Positions 45,750 through 56,531 of a stretch of 64,000 bases of DNA are shown in pieces; the stretch's first letter is position 1; every line of letters starts with the position of its first letter. The translations under genes and the position numbers were made by a program. This DNA comes from Blepharisma stoltei ATCC 30299. Lineage: Eukaryota > Protista > Ciliophora. The notes under the pieces are model-generated. The model made no database searches and was not told where the DNA came from. It saw only the letters and a list, made by a program, of their open reading frames with translations. Where the stretch lies: contig CBFDEM010000015.1 of the NCBI GenBank assembly GCA_965603825.1, forward strand, positions 1 through 64,000. Reading direction: 5' to 3'.

Positions 45750-46955
45750 CTAGTTAATTTCTTCCAAACTGTTAATTCTCATATTGAGGTGTCTTAAATA
45801 AAAGAACAGCAAAACCAAACAAATCGCATTGAGCAGCAGCAGACTATTGACAGAATCAGGCGACCCTTTCATCAATTTGCTCTTTTTTCTATACTCTTTC
45901 AAGTCCACTTCTTCATATTTCGCGATTTGGTGTATTTGCCTCTCCACTGTTGGCTTTTCAGCTGGGCTCTGCATATCTGAAAAGCACTTTTCTTTAGCCC
46001 TCTTCCACCAGGCTTCTACATCTTTCGTTGAATCTGCTTTGGTTCTGCTTTCAATAGTCCCTCTAAACATCGTAGACTTCAAGAAATTCAGAGCCAAAGT
46101 GCACCTCAACCTTGATTTTTCTGCAGAAACTGGTGTCACAACCCAATCTTGCTCAATCACAAAATAGCTTGAAAAAGGGACATCAAGAGCTTTCGTGGAT
46201 ATTTTTATAACTAAAGCACCCTCTTGGTACTTATAGATCTGAGCAGACTGGATGCGGGTTGTTTTCGGCCCGACTGAAGGTCCGTTGATCTTTGTGCGGA
46301 ACTTCAGTTCCCTGGAGCAGGCCCCAATTTCTTCGTTATCGCCCCATGGGGTAATTTCTATTTCTGTATCTCCACGCTCCTTAAAATAATCTCCATAAGA
46401 GAATGCTGCATTATCAGAAAAGAAGAGCTCAAAAAACTTCTGAGGAGTGCAAGGCACAATCACCTTGAGTGTCTCAAATCCTTCTGAATACTCTTCCTGC
46501 GGGATATCCATCAACCCTTCATTTTGTTCTTCTTCAAGTGGTGGCGGATCTTCACCATCACTCCAATACCCTTTATCTTGGCTCTCATCGCAGTATCCAG
46601 AGTTCCTCCACAAGCTGTAGATAAACTGAAATGCCTCATTTCTACGCAAAAAGGAACCGAAAAAGTATGATTTTTTATTAGCACAGGCAATTTCTATTGA
46701 GCTTGTTATTGTGCCTTTTACCCTTTTGATAGCGACAATGTCTCGGAAAGGAATGACTTGTTTGGTTTTGAAGCCAAGGATGTTGGCATAGAAACACAAA
46801 AAGTTGTCGGTACAGAACAAACGGCCGTGGATGAAAATCTTCTTACGTAAACCACAGCTGAAATCGTCGAGGACATCTTCTTCGTCAGAGAGAGAAAAGA
46901 GGTTCCTAACAACTTGCTGAGAACTTAATCTGGGCTGGGATTGAGACTTTGACAT
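45750..46955 (-). CDS. GRAM plus VASt/StART-like sterol transfer protein with C-terminal TM (GRAMD1/Lam family)
   Basis: FSCGL..KIFIHGRLFCTDNFLCFYANILG (GRAM), DVPFSSYFVIE...FLKSTMFRGTIE (VASt) and a terminal hydrophobic helix. Confidence 0.88.
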   Translation of the reverse strand: MSKSQSQPRLSSQQVVRNLFSLSDEEDVLDDFSCGLRKKIFIHGRLFCTDNFLCFYANILGFKTKQVIPFRDIVAIKRVKGTITSSIEIACANKKSYFFGSFLRRNEAFQFIYSLWRNSGYCDESQDKGYWSDGEDPPPLEEEQNEGLMDIPQEEYSEGFETLKVIVPCTPQKFFELFFSDNAAFSYGDYFKERGDTEIEITPWGDNEEIGACSRELKFRTKINGPSVGPKTTRIQSAQIYKYQEGALVIKISTKALDVPFSSYFVIEQDWVVTPVSAEKSRLRCTLALNFLKSTMFRGTIESRTKADSTKDVEAWWKRAKEKCFSDMQSPAEKPTVERQIHQIAKYEEVDLKEYRKKSKLMKGSPDSVNSLLLLNAICLVLLFFYLRHLNMRINSLEEIN

Positions 46956-47279
46956 AATAGGGAGAATAAATAATGAAATTAAACATAAGATAAATGCAAC
47001 TCAGTTTATTTCTCATTTTTCTCCTCTTATTGAGAGAAAATAAATATATTGTTACCAGAGTCTTTATAATTAAAAATTATATGAGAAATTGAAGTAAAAT
47101 CAGTCAGAGAACTACATTGGGATGAATAATATGGAAATTAATATGCAAAATAGCTCAAAAGCCTTTGTATAATATTTTATTCCAATTATTTTTCTTAAAT
47201 AAAAAAATAATTGTATTTTGCGAACAACCAATTTACAAATTTTGTATAAAGAATTCACATATCACCTATTAATTTTAAA

Positions 47280-48215
47280 ATGGAGCCTGCCAAGCCAAGA
47301 TATCGATATTTTAAACAAATTACACCTGACAAAATCATGCGTCAATTGTCTAAATTAGAGCCTATCGGTGCTGCACAAAGAAGAATATTTGCTTCTAGCA
47401 GAGATTACGATAAGGCACAAAATGAGATCTTAGAAACCCAAAGGATGTATAATGACCAAAGGGAAAAAATACTTTCTAAATTAAACGCAAAATTCACCCT
47501 TCCTTCTTTAACTCCAGACCATAAAAACCAAAATAAAAATGAATTCAAGAAACGAAAACTTGATAAAAGCTTCACAGGGGTTGAAACGAAGCCAGATATT
47601 TGTGTCACAAGTCCACTAGGTGAGCAAAAACTATTTAGTTTCTCTGAGTCTCCACAAGAGTTCAGTACAAATGGGGAATTAGAAAGGCCACCAATAACTA
47701 TACAGCATATTAATAGGATAAAACGGTTTGGAAGGGAAAATCATACTTTTCTCTCAAAAACCCCCACAAAACGTTCAGTCTCTCCAATAGAAATCGCGCC
47801 TTTATCACCCAAATTGAAACCTATAGACGAAGTGATATCTGGATGCGATAGCTTGGTAAATGAGAAAAAATCTACAGAAAGGATGCTTCCTATGATAAAA
47901 GATTTTTATAATAAGCCTTTGATGAAGCTTAAACATATAGTTGATGCTATTGACAGCTGCAAAGGAGATCCTAGCGAAGAAAAGTAAGATTAATATAGTG
48001 TAAAAGAATATAGAAGCTTCCAGAGAAAAGTAAAAAATGCCAACAACCGAATCATTTACGATAACGAATTCTGGGAAAAAGTCAACCAAGAAAACACAAA
48101 ACTCCAAGCCAACATCCTCAAAAACAAAAGAAAATTTTGGAAGCAAACCTCAGAAGTGTTGCCAAAAGAACTAGACAACCCAATTTTAGATTGGCTTTAT
48201 GATAGATACATTTAG
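47280..48215 (+). CDS. Hypothetical basic protein with one 15-nt intron
   Basis: The apparent stop TAA (47985) lies inside intron 47984-47998. The spliced frame stays open for about 70 more codons to TAG at 48215. Confidence 0.7.
47984..47998 (+). other. 15-nt spliceosomal intron GTAAGATTAATATAG
   Basis: GTAAG donor, A at -6 and TAG acceptor; removal extends the ORF. Confidence 0.82.
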
Positions 48216-48232
48216 CTGTTATAATATGAACC

Positions 48233-50086
48233 TTAATTATTACATCTAGCGTCATTCCCAATAAGGCTAATATACTTCATAATTAATTCAACACACTCAT
48301 TTGGGGTATTTTCATTGGAAATTACTAAACGCAAAGGCTGCTTGTCTTTTACGAAGAAAAATGTCACCCTATTTTTCTGCTTCGTTTTTGAGGTCACTCT
48401 GATTAAGTCTGTAATTTTTATGCGTGTTTGGACGTTTCTTTCTGATTTCCTTTCAGAATTTTTAAATAAAATAAGCTCGTCTCTAGCGACGAGGAATGAA
48501 AAAATTTCTTCAGAAAAAGACTTGGTAGACTTATCATAATTTTTGCAGGAAAAGTACCGAATTTCGTCTCATTTTTGTGAGTTTTGCTCTATGGCGATTG
48601 TTCGCCGTTTATTTGTGTCGTCACCGCTGGCGGCAAAGGAATTCTTGATAGTTTTTACTGCTGTTGACAAAAAGTGGGCTTTATTTCTGACTGCTTTTTT
48701 GATTTTTTTGATTTTTTCTCTAATTTTTGATGGAGATCTTGTATAGATACAATAAGGACAATTAGAATTCTTATGGTTATCGATCTTTAGGCTATATTTC
48801 ATACAAAGATTATGGCATTCTTTGAAGCCTCCCTCTATAATGCTTACGTGAGGGAAGCCTTTGGATATAAAGATTTCTAATAGGTTTTCCATCATTATCT
48901 GACACTGGTCATTAGATATTGAAGCTCCATGCTCCATTTCAAAGCCTGAGCCTTGGAATTCCTTATCTCCTAATAAAAAAATATGATAAATTCCTCTAAG
49001 TTCCACATAGTTGTCAGGGATTTCATTTAAAATTTCTTCATCCTCATATATTTTTGTATCAATTGAGGCAGAATTCGGGAAAATCCCATGTTTTTGCTGA
49101 GCTTTTGGTCGGCAATCTAATAAAAGAATAGGTGTTTTATATGTTTCTTCTTTGCAAACACATTGAAATTCAGCACAGCTGCAAGTCTTTTTTTCTGGAA
49201 AAATTACTTCTAGTACATCTCTAGGGGTAGCAGTAAGGCAATATTGATTTGACAGCACATCAAGGGTGCTATTAATTGTTTCCAAGTTAAAAATATCAAT
49301 TGACGCTAATTTCTGCCTTATGGAAAACGGCATATTATTTTTGAGTTTTTTCGCAATTTGAATTATTTTTTCATAGTCTTCGTTATTCTCTAGCATAATT
49401 TGGGAAATGCTTTGCTGTATGATATTGTCCTTGTTAACCATTATCTGTGCTTTAAAGTGAATCAAGAACGCTATCCCTACATAGCAAGGGAAAAGCCTAT
49501 CATTCTCAACAATCATCTCCTCCCAGACTTTATAAATAATCTCGAAATTCGAAATCTTGCCTGCAAAAGCCGTCAGAAATCAAGACGTCGCAAAAAACTC
49601 AGGCGAAATTGAATTAGTCTGAAAAAAATTGCTGATCCAAGGCTCATGATACCTTAAAAGCAGCTTAAATATCACAAAAAATCCTTGCAGAGGCCGAAAA
49701 CTCTATATAAGCTTTACTTTATCTACAAACATCGTAGGTAGAAATCAATTGACGAATTTTTTGAAATAAGTATAAACCATATACAAAGGTATCCCCTGTC
49801 TATGCAAAATCAAGAACGGCGCCATAATTTCATTCATCCCTTGCTTATATGATGTTTTTTCTTCTTTGCAGAACTTCGTTAGCAGGATTTCTAGATTCGT
49901 TTTTTCTTCATTTGTCAAAATCTTTGATCTGGTTCTTTCTGAGTCAGTTTTAATTATACGCTGATTAGGCAAATCAAGTTCTGCTTCAATTGTGAACTCT
50001 TCAATAGCTTCTGGACAGAGTAATAGCTAAATATAGCCTACCAGAAAATTTTCAACATTAAACTGGGGAGAATTCTCTTCTTCCAT
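48233..50086 (-). CDS. TBC1D23-like protein (TBC, rhodanese, PH-like C-terminus), 607 aa, two 15-nt introns, three TGA=Trp
   Basis: IIKTDSERTR, YKQGMNEIMAPF, LLLRYHEP, PEFFATS(W=TGA 49580)FLTAFA, LLDCRP and GFPHVSIIEGGF. Other TGA codons at 49745 and 48569; ends TAA at 48233. Confidence 0.85.
49703..49717 (-). other. 15-nt spliceosomal intron GTAAAGCTTATATAG
   Basis: GT-AG ends and A at -6; removes an in-frame TAG from the middle of the TBC domain. Confidence 0.9.
50027..50041 (-). other. 15-nt spliceosomal intron GTAGGCTATATTTAG
   Basis: GT-AG ends and A at -6; removes an in-frame TAG and links ATG 50086 to the TBC domain. Confidence 0.85.
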
Positions 50087-50119
50087 TTATAACTTATACA
50101 CTTAAAAATACTACCAAAT

Positions 50120-51031
50120 TTATTGAGCTTCTTCAGGGATTTCTTCATATTCTCTCCACAATTTTTTGAATTCTTCACTTATCCTTATTAATTCTTCATC
50201 ATTATGTTTTCTATTCCTAAACATTGGGTCGACCCTTAATATTTCACCAATAATTTGTCTTGAAAAATTTCCCCGAAAATAATTAGAATCTTCAACCACA
50301 TGGGCAAACCCTCCATTTCCGTCAAAATCAATATGAATATAAGGGAATCCTTTGGGTATTGACTTTCTGATCCCTTTTACACTAGTTGGGATGATTTTTT
50401 TATTTTGTGTCCATTCTTCGTCACCTTCACTTAATTCTCTATAAATAATCATTTCTGCGTCTTCTCGAGCTTGAGGGTCAAGTGGGAAGCATTCAATGTA
50501 GGTATGAAGGCACCTTCTGAGGTCAATCACATTTTCCACAAAAATTGCAGTTTTGCCGAGCTCATCTCTGTACATTTTTGATATATCTTTTTGGAGATCT
50601 TGAAGCTCTTGGTACTCATTAGATTCCATCTCAGTAATAGATAAAGTATGGGCGTTTGGGACTAGTAAACAGTGGCCTTTTGATAAATAGCCTGATGAAG
50701 GGATTTCGATATGAAAAGAGCCTCTTATAGAAACAAGCAATTTACTATTGAAATTTTGGCTGTCTATGCAGTGGTCACAATTTTGGTTAGTCTTTTTTGT
50801 TAGACGCTTATAGGTGTCAAGTTTTTCTGCTTTAATTTGAGATTCTGTGATTTCGTATTCTTCGTCTTTGTTTTTCCTTATGTTTCTTATTAGGTGTTCA
50901 TTATAATCTTCGCTTGTAGCTATTTTCTCATTTTTTCTGATTTCGTTTAGTCCGATTTGGCTTTTCTTTTCCTCTTCTTTTGTTTTTTCCTCTTCTTTTG
51001 TCTTTTTCTTATATTTTATCCCTGCTAGCAT
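50120..51031 (-). CDS. CwfJ-domain spliceosomal protein (Cwf19/CWF19L2-like)
   Basis: CDHC, GHCLLVP..H, HTYIECFP, EEWTQNKKII and IPKGFPYIHIDF...GGFAHVVED motifs. Confidence 0.88.
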   Translation of the reverse strand: MLAGIKYKKKTKEEEKTKEEEKKSQIGLNEIRKNEKIATSEDYNEHLIRNIRKNKDEEYEITESQIKAEKLDTYKRLTKKTNQNCDHCIDSQNFNSKLLVSIRGSFHIEIPSSGYLSKGHCLLVPNAHTLSITEMESNEYQELQDLQKDISKMYRDELGKTAIFVENVIDLRRCLHTYIECFPLDPQAREDAEMIIYRELSEGDEEWTQNKKIIPTSVKGIRKSIPKGFPYIHIDFDGNGGFAHVVEDSNYFRGNFSRQIIGEILRVDPMFRNRKHNDEELIRISEEFKKLWREYEEIPEEAQ

Positions 51032-51123
51032 TTATTTAATATCTTATTTATTGTACCTTGTATGATTCATTTTTAACCCTATTAATACATTAATTTCCTA
51101 GCAATTATTTTTATCCTCTAGGC

Positions 51124-52137
51124 TTAAAATGGCTCAGCATCAATAACTTCTTCTAAATTCTTCAAAAAACCACGATTATAAATATTCGGCTGATTCAATA
51201 AATGTGCTTTTTTGTCGTCAATCTGCAAGTCCAGCCTTTTCATCCTTTCATTTGATGTCGTATTATTTTTCACCAGCAGCAAGTGGTATAGGAAAAAGCC
51301 TCCCAGTAAAATTCCTACAACAAGGCACAAGCTTTCAGCGAAAAATAACTTTTGGTGCTCTTGTATCAAATATTGAAAAACCACAATCCAGCTGCCTGAT
51401 ACCCTATTTCCTTCTCTATCTGTAAAAACTGTGGTAAAAAGTCTTTCTGAAAGAGTTATATATGCAAATATCATAAATCCGATCATAGACGCATATAAGC
51501 AGATAACACTGTGTGACAATAGAAAAGCCAGGAAAAATTTGTAATTGCCGTAGCCTACACATTGGTTTATCCAGACACAATGATGATCCATTTTTGGAAC
51601 GCAGCCTTCGCACACTGAGCAATGTTTAGATCTGGCCGGCTTTTGGAGTTTGCAGGTAGTGCAAGAGTTCTCTTTAAATAAAATGTTGTCATATGGGAAT
51701 AAGCTTAAATATTTTTTGTAGTTATTTTGGGTGACTTTTCCTGGAGATTTCCAACAGGCTGCAAAAAAGGTGCATAAAGCCAGTAAGTACATTATAGAGC
51801 CAAGATACATGTGAATAGCTGGAACTAGAGGATTTGGGATAAAAGGGAAAGCTTGAGCGTAGAAAATGTAATAGCCGCCTAAGCTTAATGATAAATAAGT
51901 TAGCTGGAAAAAGGGATTTGGACGATTAAATATGTAAAGAGCATAATAGGAAATTTTTGATTTCCCCATAGGTCCTAAAATTTTAAGAGAGATTCTGTCA
52001 AAAAATGCAGGAAGCTTGACGTAAAAAAATCTGCTTAAGTATGAGAGAGGGCCAGTTCCATGAGGGTTTACACAGAGAAGGACAAATAAGAATGACACTG
52101 AAATGACCATATAGATTGAAAAAAGCCAGAACCCCAT
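51124..52137 (-). CDS. DHHC palmitoyltransferase (SWF1/ZDHHC4-like)
   Basis: CTTCKLQKPARSKHCSVCEGCVPKMDHHCVWINQCVG, TTSNERMK and NIYNRGF..NL. Confidence 0.92.
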   Translation of the reverse strand: MGFWLFSIYMVISVSFLFVLLCVNPHGTGPLSYLSRFFYVKLPAFFDRISLKILGPMGKSKISYYALYIFNRPNPFFQLTYLSLSLGGYYIFYAQAFPFIPNPLVPAIHMYLGSIMYLLALCTFFAACWKSPGKVTQNNYKKYLSLFPYDNILFKENSCTTCKLQKPARSKHCSVCEGCVPKMDHHCVWINQCVGYGNYKFFLAFLLSHSVICLYASMIGFMIFAYITLSERLFTTVFTDREGNRVSGSWIVVFQYLIQEHQKLFFAESLCLVVGILLGGFFLYHLLLVKNNTTSNERMKRLDLQIDDKKAHLLNQPNIYNRGFLKNLEEVIDAEPF

Positions 52138-52226
52138 ATTAGTTTATCATTCCTTTAGATTAGGAATTTTAACCATTTTAATCTTAATTAAGTTGAAGAG
52201 GAAACAAATTTTGGGGGTGTTATAAA

Positions 52227-53114
52227 ATGTCTAAATTATTCAATGAAATGAAATTCTTTATGCTCCAAGGCCCAGAAATAGAAGCAACTTCGAAGATTAT
52301 CATAGCTTATGGAGGTCAAATGTCGTCAACTGTAAATAAAGACTCCATTGTCCTTGTGACCTGCAGAAAAACCCATATAATTAAGGTTACCAAAGCTCTT
52401 GGGTTTAACGTGTTTTCGGCGAGCTTTATTTATGATTCAGTAAAGCAAGCAAGCCGCCAGCAGTTAAGTGACTATCAAATTGTGGTTGAAGCGTCAAAAG
52501 ATTTTCACTTTAAGGATTTTAAATTTTCACAGCAAGATATTCAAAATATCAATAATTATATAAGGCTAAACACAGGCAACCCAGATTCTGATAGCTATTG
52601 ATTTGTAGCGCTATATAATGGGCTTGATGTTCCTTATAGCTCTGAAGTTTTATATGAGTACTACTGCTCTAACATAGCTTTGAATTTAGAGACATATGCG
52701 ACTAACGACGAATCAACAAGTTCAGAAAGAAACGAAGATGCTGACGTTTATTATATTGGCAGAAAAAGACGCTGCTTAGAAGATTTATCTCAAAACTCCA
52801 TAGCAACCTGCTTACAAATATCCATCTTAAATCAAAATCCCACGAAAAAGCAAAATATCCAGCCAGCTTTTAACAATTCTCCAAGGCATCTCGTTATAGC
52901 AGTCAATTCCTCTGAAAGAAGTGTATATGATTTAAAAGACATTGAGAAAAAATCCAAAGAAATAAATATTACTGAAGAGTTTGAGGAATTTTACAGCAAA
53001 TGCAAGTCAATAGTCAATGAAAATTTATCTAAAAGTGAAGTGTTAGGCATTTTAACAAAATTTAATGGTGACATTGAGAAAGCTCTGAATTATTATCAAA
53101 CAGATGTTGTATAA
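52227..53114 (+). CDS. BRCT plus Myb-like plus C-terminal helical protein, Rap1/TERF2IP-like, 295 aa, one TGA=Trp
   Basis: IIIAYGGQ...SASFIYDSVK..RQQLSDYQI (BRCT); FSQQDIQNINNYIRLNTGNPDSDSY(W=TGA 52599)...YSSEVLYEYY (Rap1-type Myb); LSKSEVLGILTKFNGDIEKALNYY (RCT/UBA-like). The pieces are in frame. The CDS is solid; the orthology is inferred. Confidence 0.6.
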
Positions 53115-53149
53115 TTTAATTTAAAATCGCTTCAATTGTTAATTTTTAA

Positions 53150-54349
53150 ATGGGAAATGTATGCTGCATGGGAAGAACAGGCCACACACCGCAAAATAAT
53201 GAAAACAGCATGATAAAGGATAGTGAATTTCATAACAAAAAGAAGAGCGACCATCGCAGATCATTCGAACAAAGCGACTCCCGTAGAGAATCCAAACGGA
53301 TTTCATCCCCAAAAAACTCAAAACCTGCTGTGCAGTGGCAAAATTTATTTAGCCAGCATTCAGAAAACAAAAAATCAGAAGAAAATACTGCAAAAATCCA
53401 GAAGCCGATTCTTGCAAGCAAATTAGAAAAAATTGAAGAAGAAAGAAAATCAATTGAGGATAACTACAAAAGCGACTTATATGAGACACAAGGATTTTTA
53501 ATTGACTATGACCTAGAAGAAGCCACAAACTATACAAAAAGCGATCAGAGAAAAATAATCCAAATTTTAGACAATTATCAAGAAGAGTTAGAAGATGGAG
53601 ATATAGAAGAATTGGACGGGCTGATTGAAGATGCCAATATGAATGGCGTATTAATTACAATGATGTTTACAACACATGCTATATATATACTAAATTCTGA
53701 GGAATGGTCAAGTGTTACTAGAAGAGTGCCATTTGAATCAATAAAAGCTATGAGTCTTGCGGCTAAAGGACTTTCTGTGCTCTTTCATATAGAGCCAGAG
53801 GACGGGAAATATAATGATATTTTGATAAGTAGCGAGAGGTATAATGATATCATTAAAGCTACAGAACAGCTTTATTATGAATGTACAGGAGATTATGTAC
53901 AATGGAATGTAGCTGAATCAAAAAATGATTTATTCACGTTTTTGAATAAGCCAATTAATAAAGAATTCACAAGCGAGGATAAAAATTTGACAAAAGTTTT
54001 TGTGAGATATGGAGAAATTGGAGAGAAAAAGCTAAAACTTCAGCTGTGCTCGACGTCATCTGAATCATTTGAATTTGACAAATATTTTTTATTGACAAAC
54101 AAAGGTATTTATATATTAAAAAAAGATTTTGGGATGATTGATAAAGTGTTTTTAGAAAATATACGAAAAATTGGCAAAGATTCAGTACAGAGATCAATTA
54201 TTGTGTATGATGTAGATAAATCGTTCTATTTTAAGCTTCCGTTGGTGATAGCAGATGATATACAAGAAGCTGCGCTTGCAGTAGGAAATTCGAAGATAAA
54301 AGAACTTGACCTTGACTCGGAGTCTTATTTAAGTGTTACTAATAATTAA
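53150..54349 (+). CDS. Hypothetical acylated protein (MGNVCC) with two PH-like segments
   Basis: N-terminal myristoyl/palmitoyl motif; MMFTTHAIYIL...RRVPFESI and FLLTNKGIYIL...KVFLENI resemble PH/TH1-like folds. Confidence 0.6.
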   Translation: MGNVCCMGRTGHTPQNNENSMIKDSEFHNKKKSDHRRSFEQSDSRRESKRISSPKNSKPAVQWQNLFSQHSENKKSEENTAKIQKPILASKLEKIEEERKSIEDNYKSDLYETQGFLIDYDLEEATNYTKSDQRKIIQILDNYQEELEDGDIEELDGLIEDANMNGVLITMMFTTHAIYILNSEEWSSVTRRVPFESIKAMSLAAKGLSVLFHIEPEDGKYNDILISSERYNDIIKATEQLYYECTGDYVQWNVAESKNDLFTFLNKPINKEFTSEDKNLTKVFVRYGEIGEKKLKLQLCSTSSESFEFDKYFLLTNKGIYILKKDFGMIDKVFLENIRKIGKDSVQRSIIVYDVDKSFYFKLPLVIADDIQEAALAVGNSKIKELDLDSESYLSVTNN

Positions 54350-54455
54350 TCTAAGTGCATCGATAGATTTTAATAATTAATATCTACTTCTACTTAGAAA
54401 ATTAAGCTTAACTTATCTCAGTATAATTTTAGAAATCCATAGAGGGAATAAATAA

Positions 54456-56513
54456 ATGGAGCGCACTCAGGTAATTAAAGAAATGCTTGGAATTTCCCAA
54501 AATCACGAGTCAATCGACACAAAAGTCCACAAAGTTGACGAAGAAACACCATTCCACGAAATTTTGTCCCAAAATCTGCACAAGCTTCAAGGCGAAAACA
54601 TAATAGAAAATGCTGTTGGGGCTATTCAGTCTAATTCTCAGCTTACAGCTTTTACAAGGGATAATCAATTATTTTTATTAAAAGACAGAAATAAAGAAAA
54701 AGAGGAATCCCCTTGTAAGACCCATTCATCAACAATTATCTCAATGTCTTTATCAATCTCCAATAAGCTTGCATCATTAAGCAGTACTTTCGAACTGTTT
54801 ATAGGAGTAGTTTCAGATGGTGAGTATTCTTTTTTACAGAGTTTTGAAGGTCTTGAATATCAGCCTAAGAGGATAATCTGGGATCCTCTAGATGATAATA
54901 TGCTGTACCTTATTTCAGAAAGAAATATCTATACTTTTGAGACTCTGTCAGGAGAAATAAAGGTTTTGTATTCTACAGAGGAAGAAATTGCTGGATTTCA
55001 TATAAATCCAAGTGGTAGGAATTACACAGCTCTCCTTTCTTCGAAAAAAGCAATTTTAGTGTCTTTTGATGGCTATACAGAAATTCCATATGAAAATATT
55101 GATGAAATCTGCTATATAAAAACTGAGAGCTTGGCTATTTATTGTCTTCAAGAAAATAAGCTTCATATCTGGAATATTTCACAGCAAAGAGAACTCTGCT
55201 CAGCACACTGCACACTATCAGACCCAATTCTCAAGCACTGTGAGGATTCTGACCAAATATTCGCATTCAGCCAAAAACGGCAAAAATTGATTATTTTTAC
55301 TTTTGACGAAGAAGATAATATAGTATCCAGCCTCCAAATTAGACTGCAAAATTCTTTCCAAGACATCAATATTGTCTTCCACTATAATACAATTGCAGGC
55401 CAGCCTCCAGCTAAAGGAAACAGTCGAATAGAAATTATTACTTTAGGGGATGATAAAGTTACTAGCTATATAATTTGGTCAGAACAGTCAAAAAAAATTG
55501 GGGAAAAATACATTCTATTTTCAGACAATATTGAGGAAAATAAAGAAGATCAAAATTTTCATACCCCTGTGAAATATGTAAAAAGTGAAGAAATTAAATG
55601 GGCAAGAAAACAGATGCTGGAAAATCAATATGAAGTAAAATTTATAGAAAAAGCTAATAAAAATGACGAAAGTAAGGCTAAGATTGACAATAAGAAAAAA
55701 CTTGAAATCTGCCAGGTAATAAGTTTTGATATACTTCCTTCAAAACCTATAGAAAATTTCTGTTGAGAAGTAAAAAGCTCTGGGGTTATGACAGAAATCA
55801 ATTCTCAGCAGCTTTCAGAAAGCCTAGAAAAAAACTATCAGTCAATGCTTAAAAATATGCATGAATTAGTCTCAGAAAGCCGCATAAAAAGCATAATTTC
55901 TTCTGCAGTCGATGCAAGTATCCCTAAACTTATAGAAAATTACATAATGAGAGTTGTTACCAAAGTTATGGAAGAAATTACCCCACTTGCAACAGAGCTA
56001 ATCAAACAAGAAATGGCAGCAATTCGGCAATATGCGGAAAACTCTTTTATTGAAATAATAGAAGAGCAAAGGACCCATGAAATGAAGCTGCAATCCATAG
56101 AAAAGCATCTCTATGAAGAATACAAAAAAAGAGAAAAAAATTTTAAAGAAAAAAAAATAATCAAAAATATTCCAAAGTATGAGGAAGAATTTGAGAAAAA
56201 AAATTACGAAAGAGGCATAATTGAGCTGCTGGCGACCAAAGATCTGCAATTAATTTCTAGCAAGCTTGCAACACTAAATCCTGAAGTAGTTTTCAGCACC
56301 CCGCTTGCATATGATACTTATTTTGACTTGTGCTTTGTGTTGATTGATTTAATGAAAGCTGGAAAATTTGAGTGCAGCAATTTAATGGAAAAACTATGCC
56401 AAATAATTCCTCTAAATGGTACACAAAGACGAAAGCAGCTTTTCAGAGTATTTCTTGACCGAAATAACCATTTAGAAAGATTTGAAGAAATCATCCATAA
56501 TCGAATGCTATAA
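54456..56513 (+). CDS. WD40-like N-terminus plus helical C-terminus, possibly EDC4/Ge-1/VARICOSE-like, one TGA=Trp
   Basis: Two ORFs in frame across TGA 55764-55766. Beta-propeller-like N-terminal half; the C-terminal NYERGIIELLATKDLQLISSKLATLNPEVVFSTPL resembles the EDC4 C-terminal domain. Confidence 0.55.
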
Positions 56514-56531
56514 ATTCTTATAATTAATCTC

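Noticed and set aside
49703-50041. UAG/UAA reassignment suggested by in-frame TAG in the TBC gene
   Set aside because: Each internal TAG/TAA lies within a canonical 15-nt GTA...AG intron, and TAA/TAG end all complete genes.
51032-51070. Upstream exon of the Cwf19-like gene via GTACAATAAATAAG
   Set aside because: Only 14 nt, and its removal does not give an open frame; two in-frame TAA codons remain otherwise.
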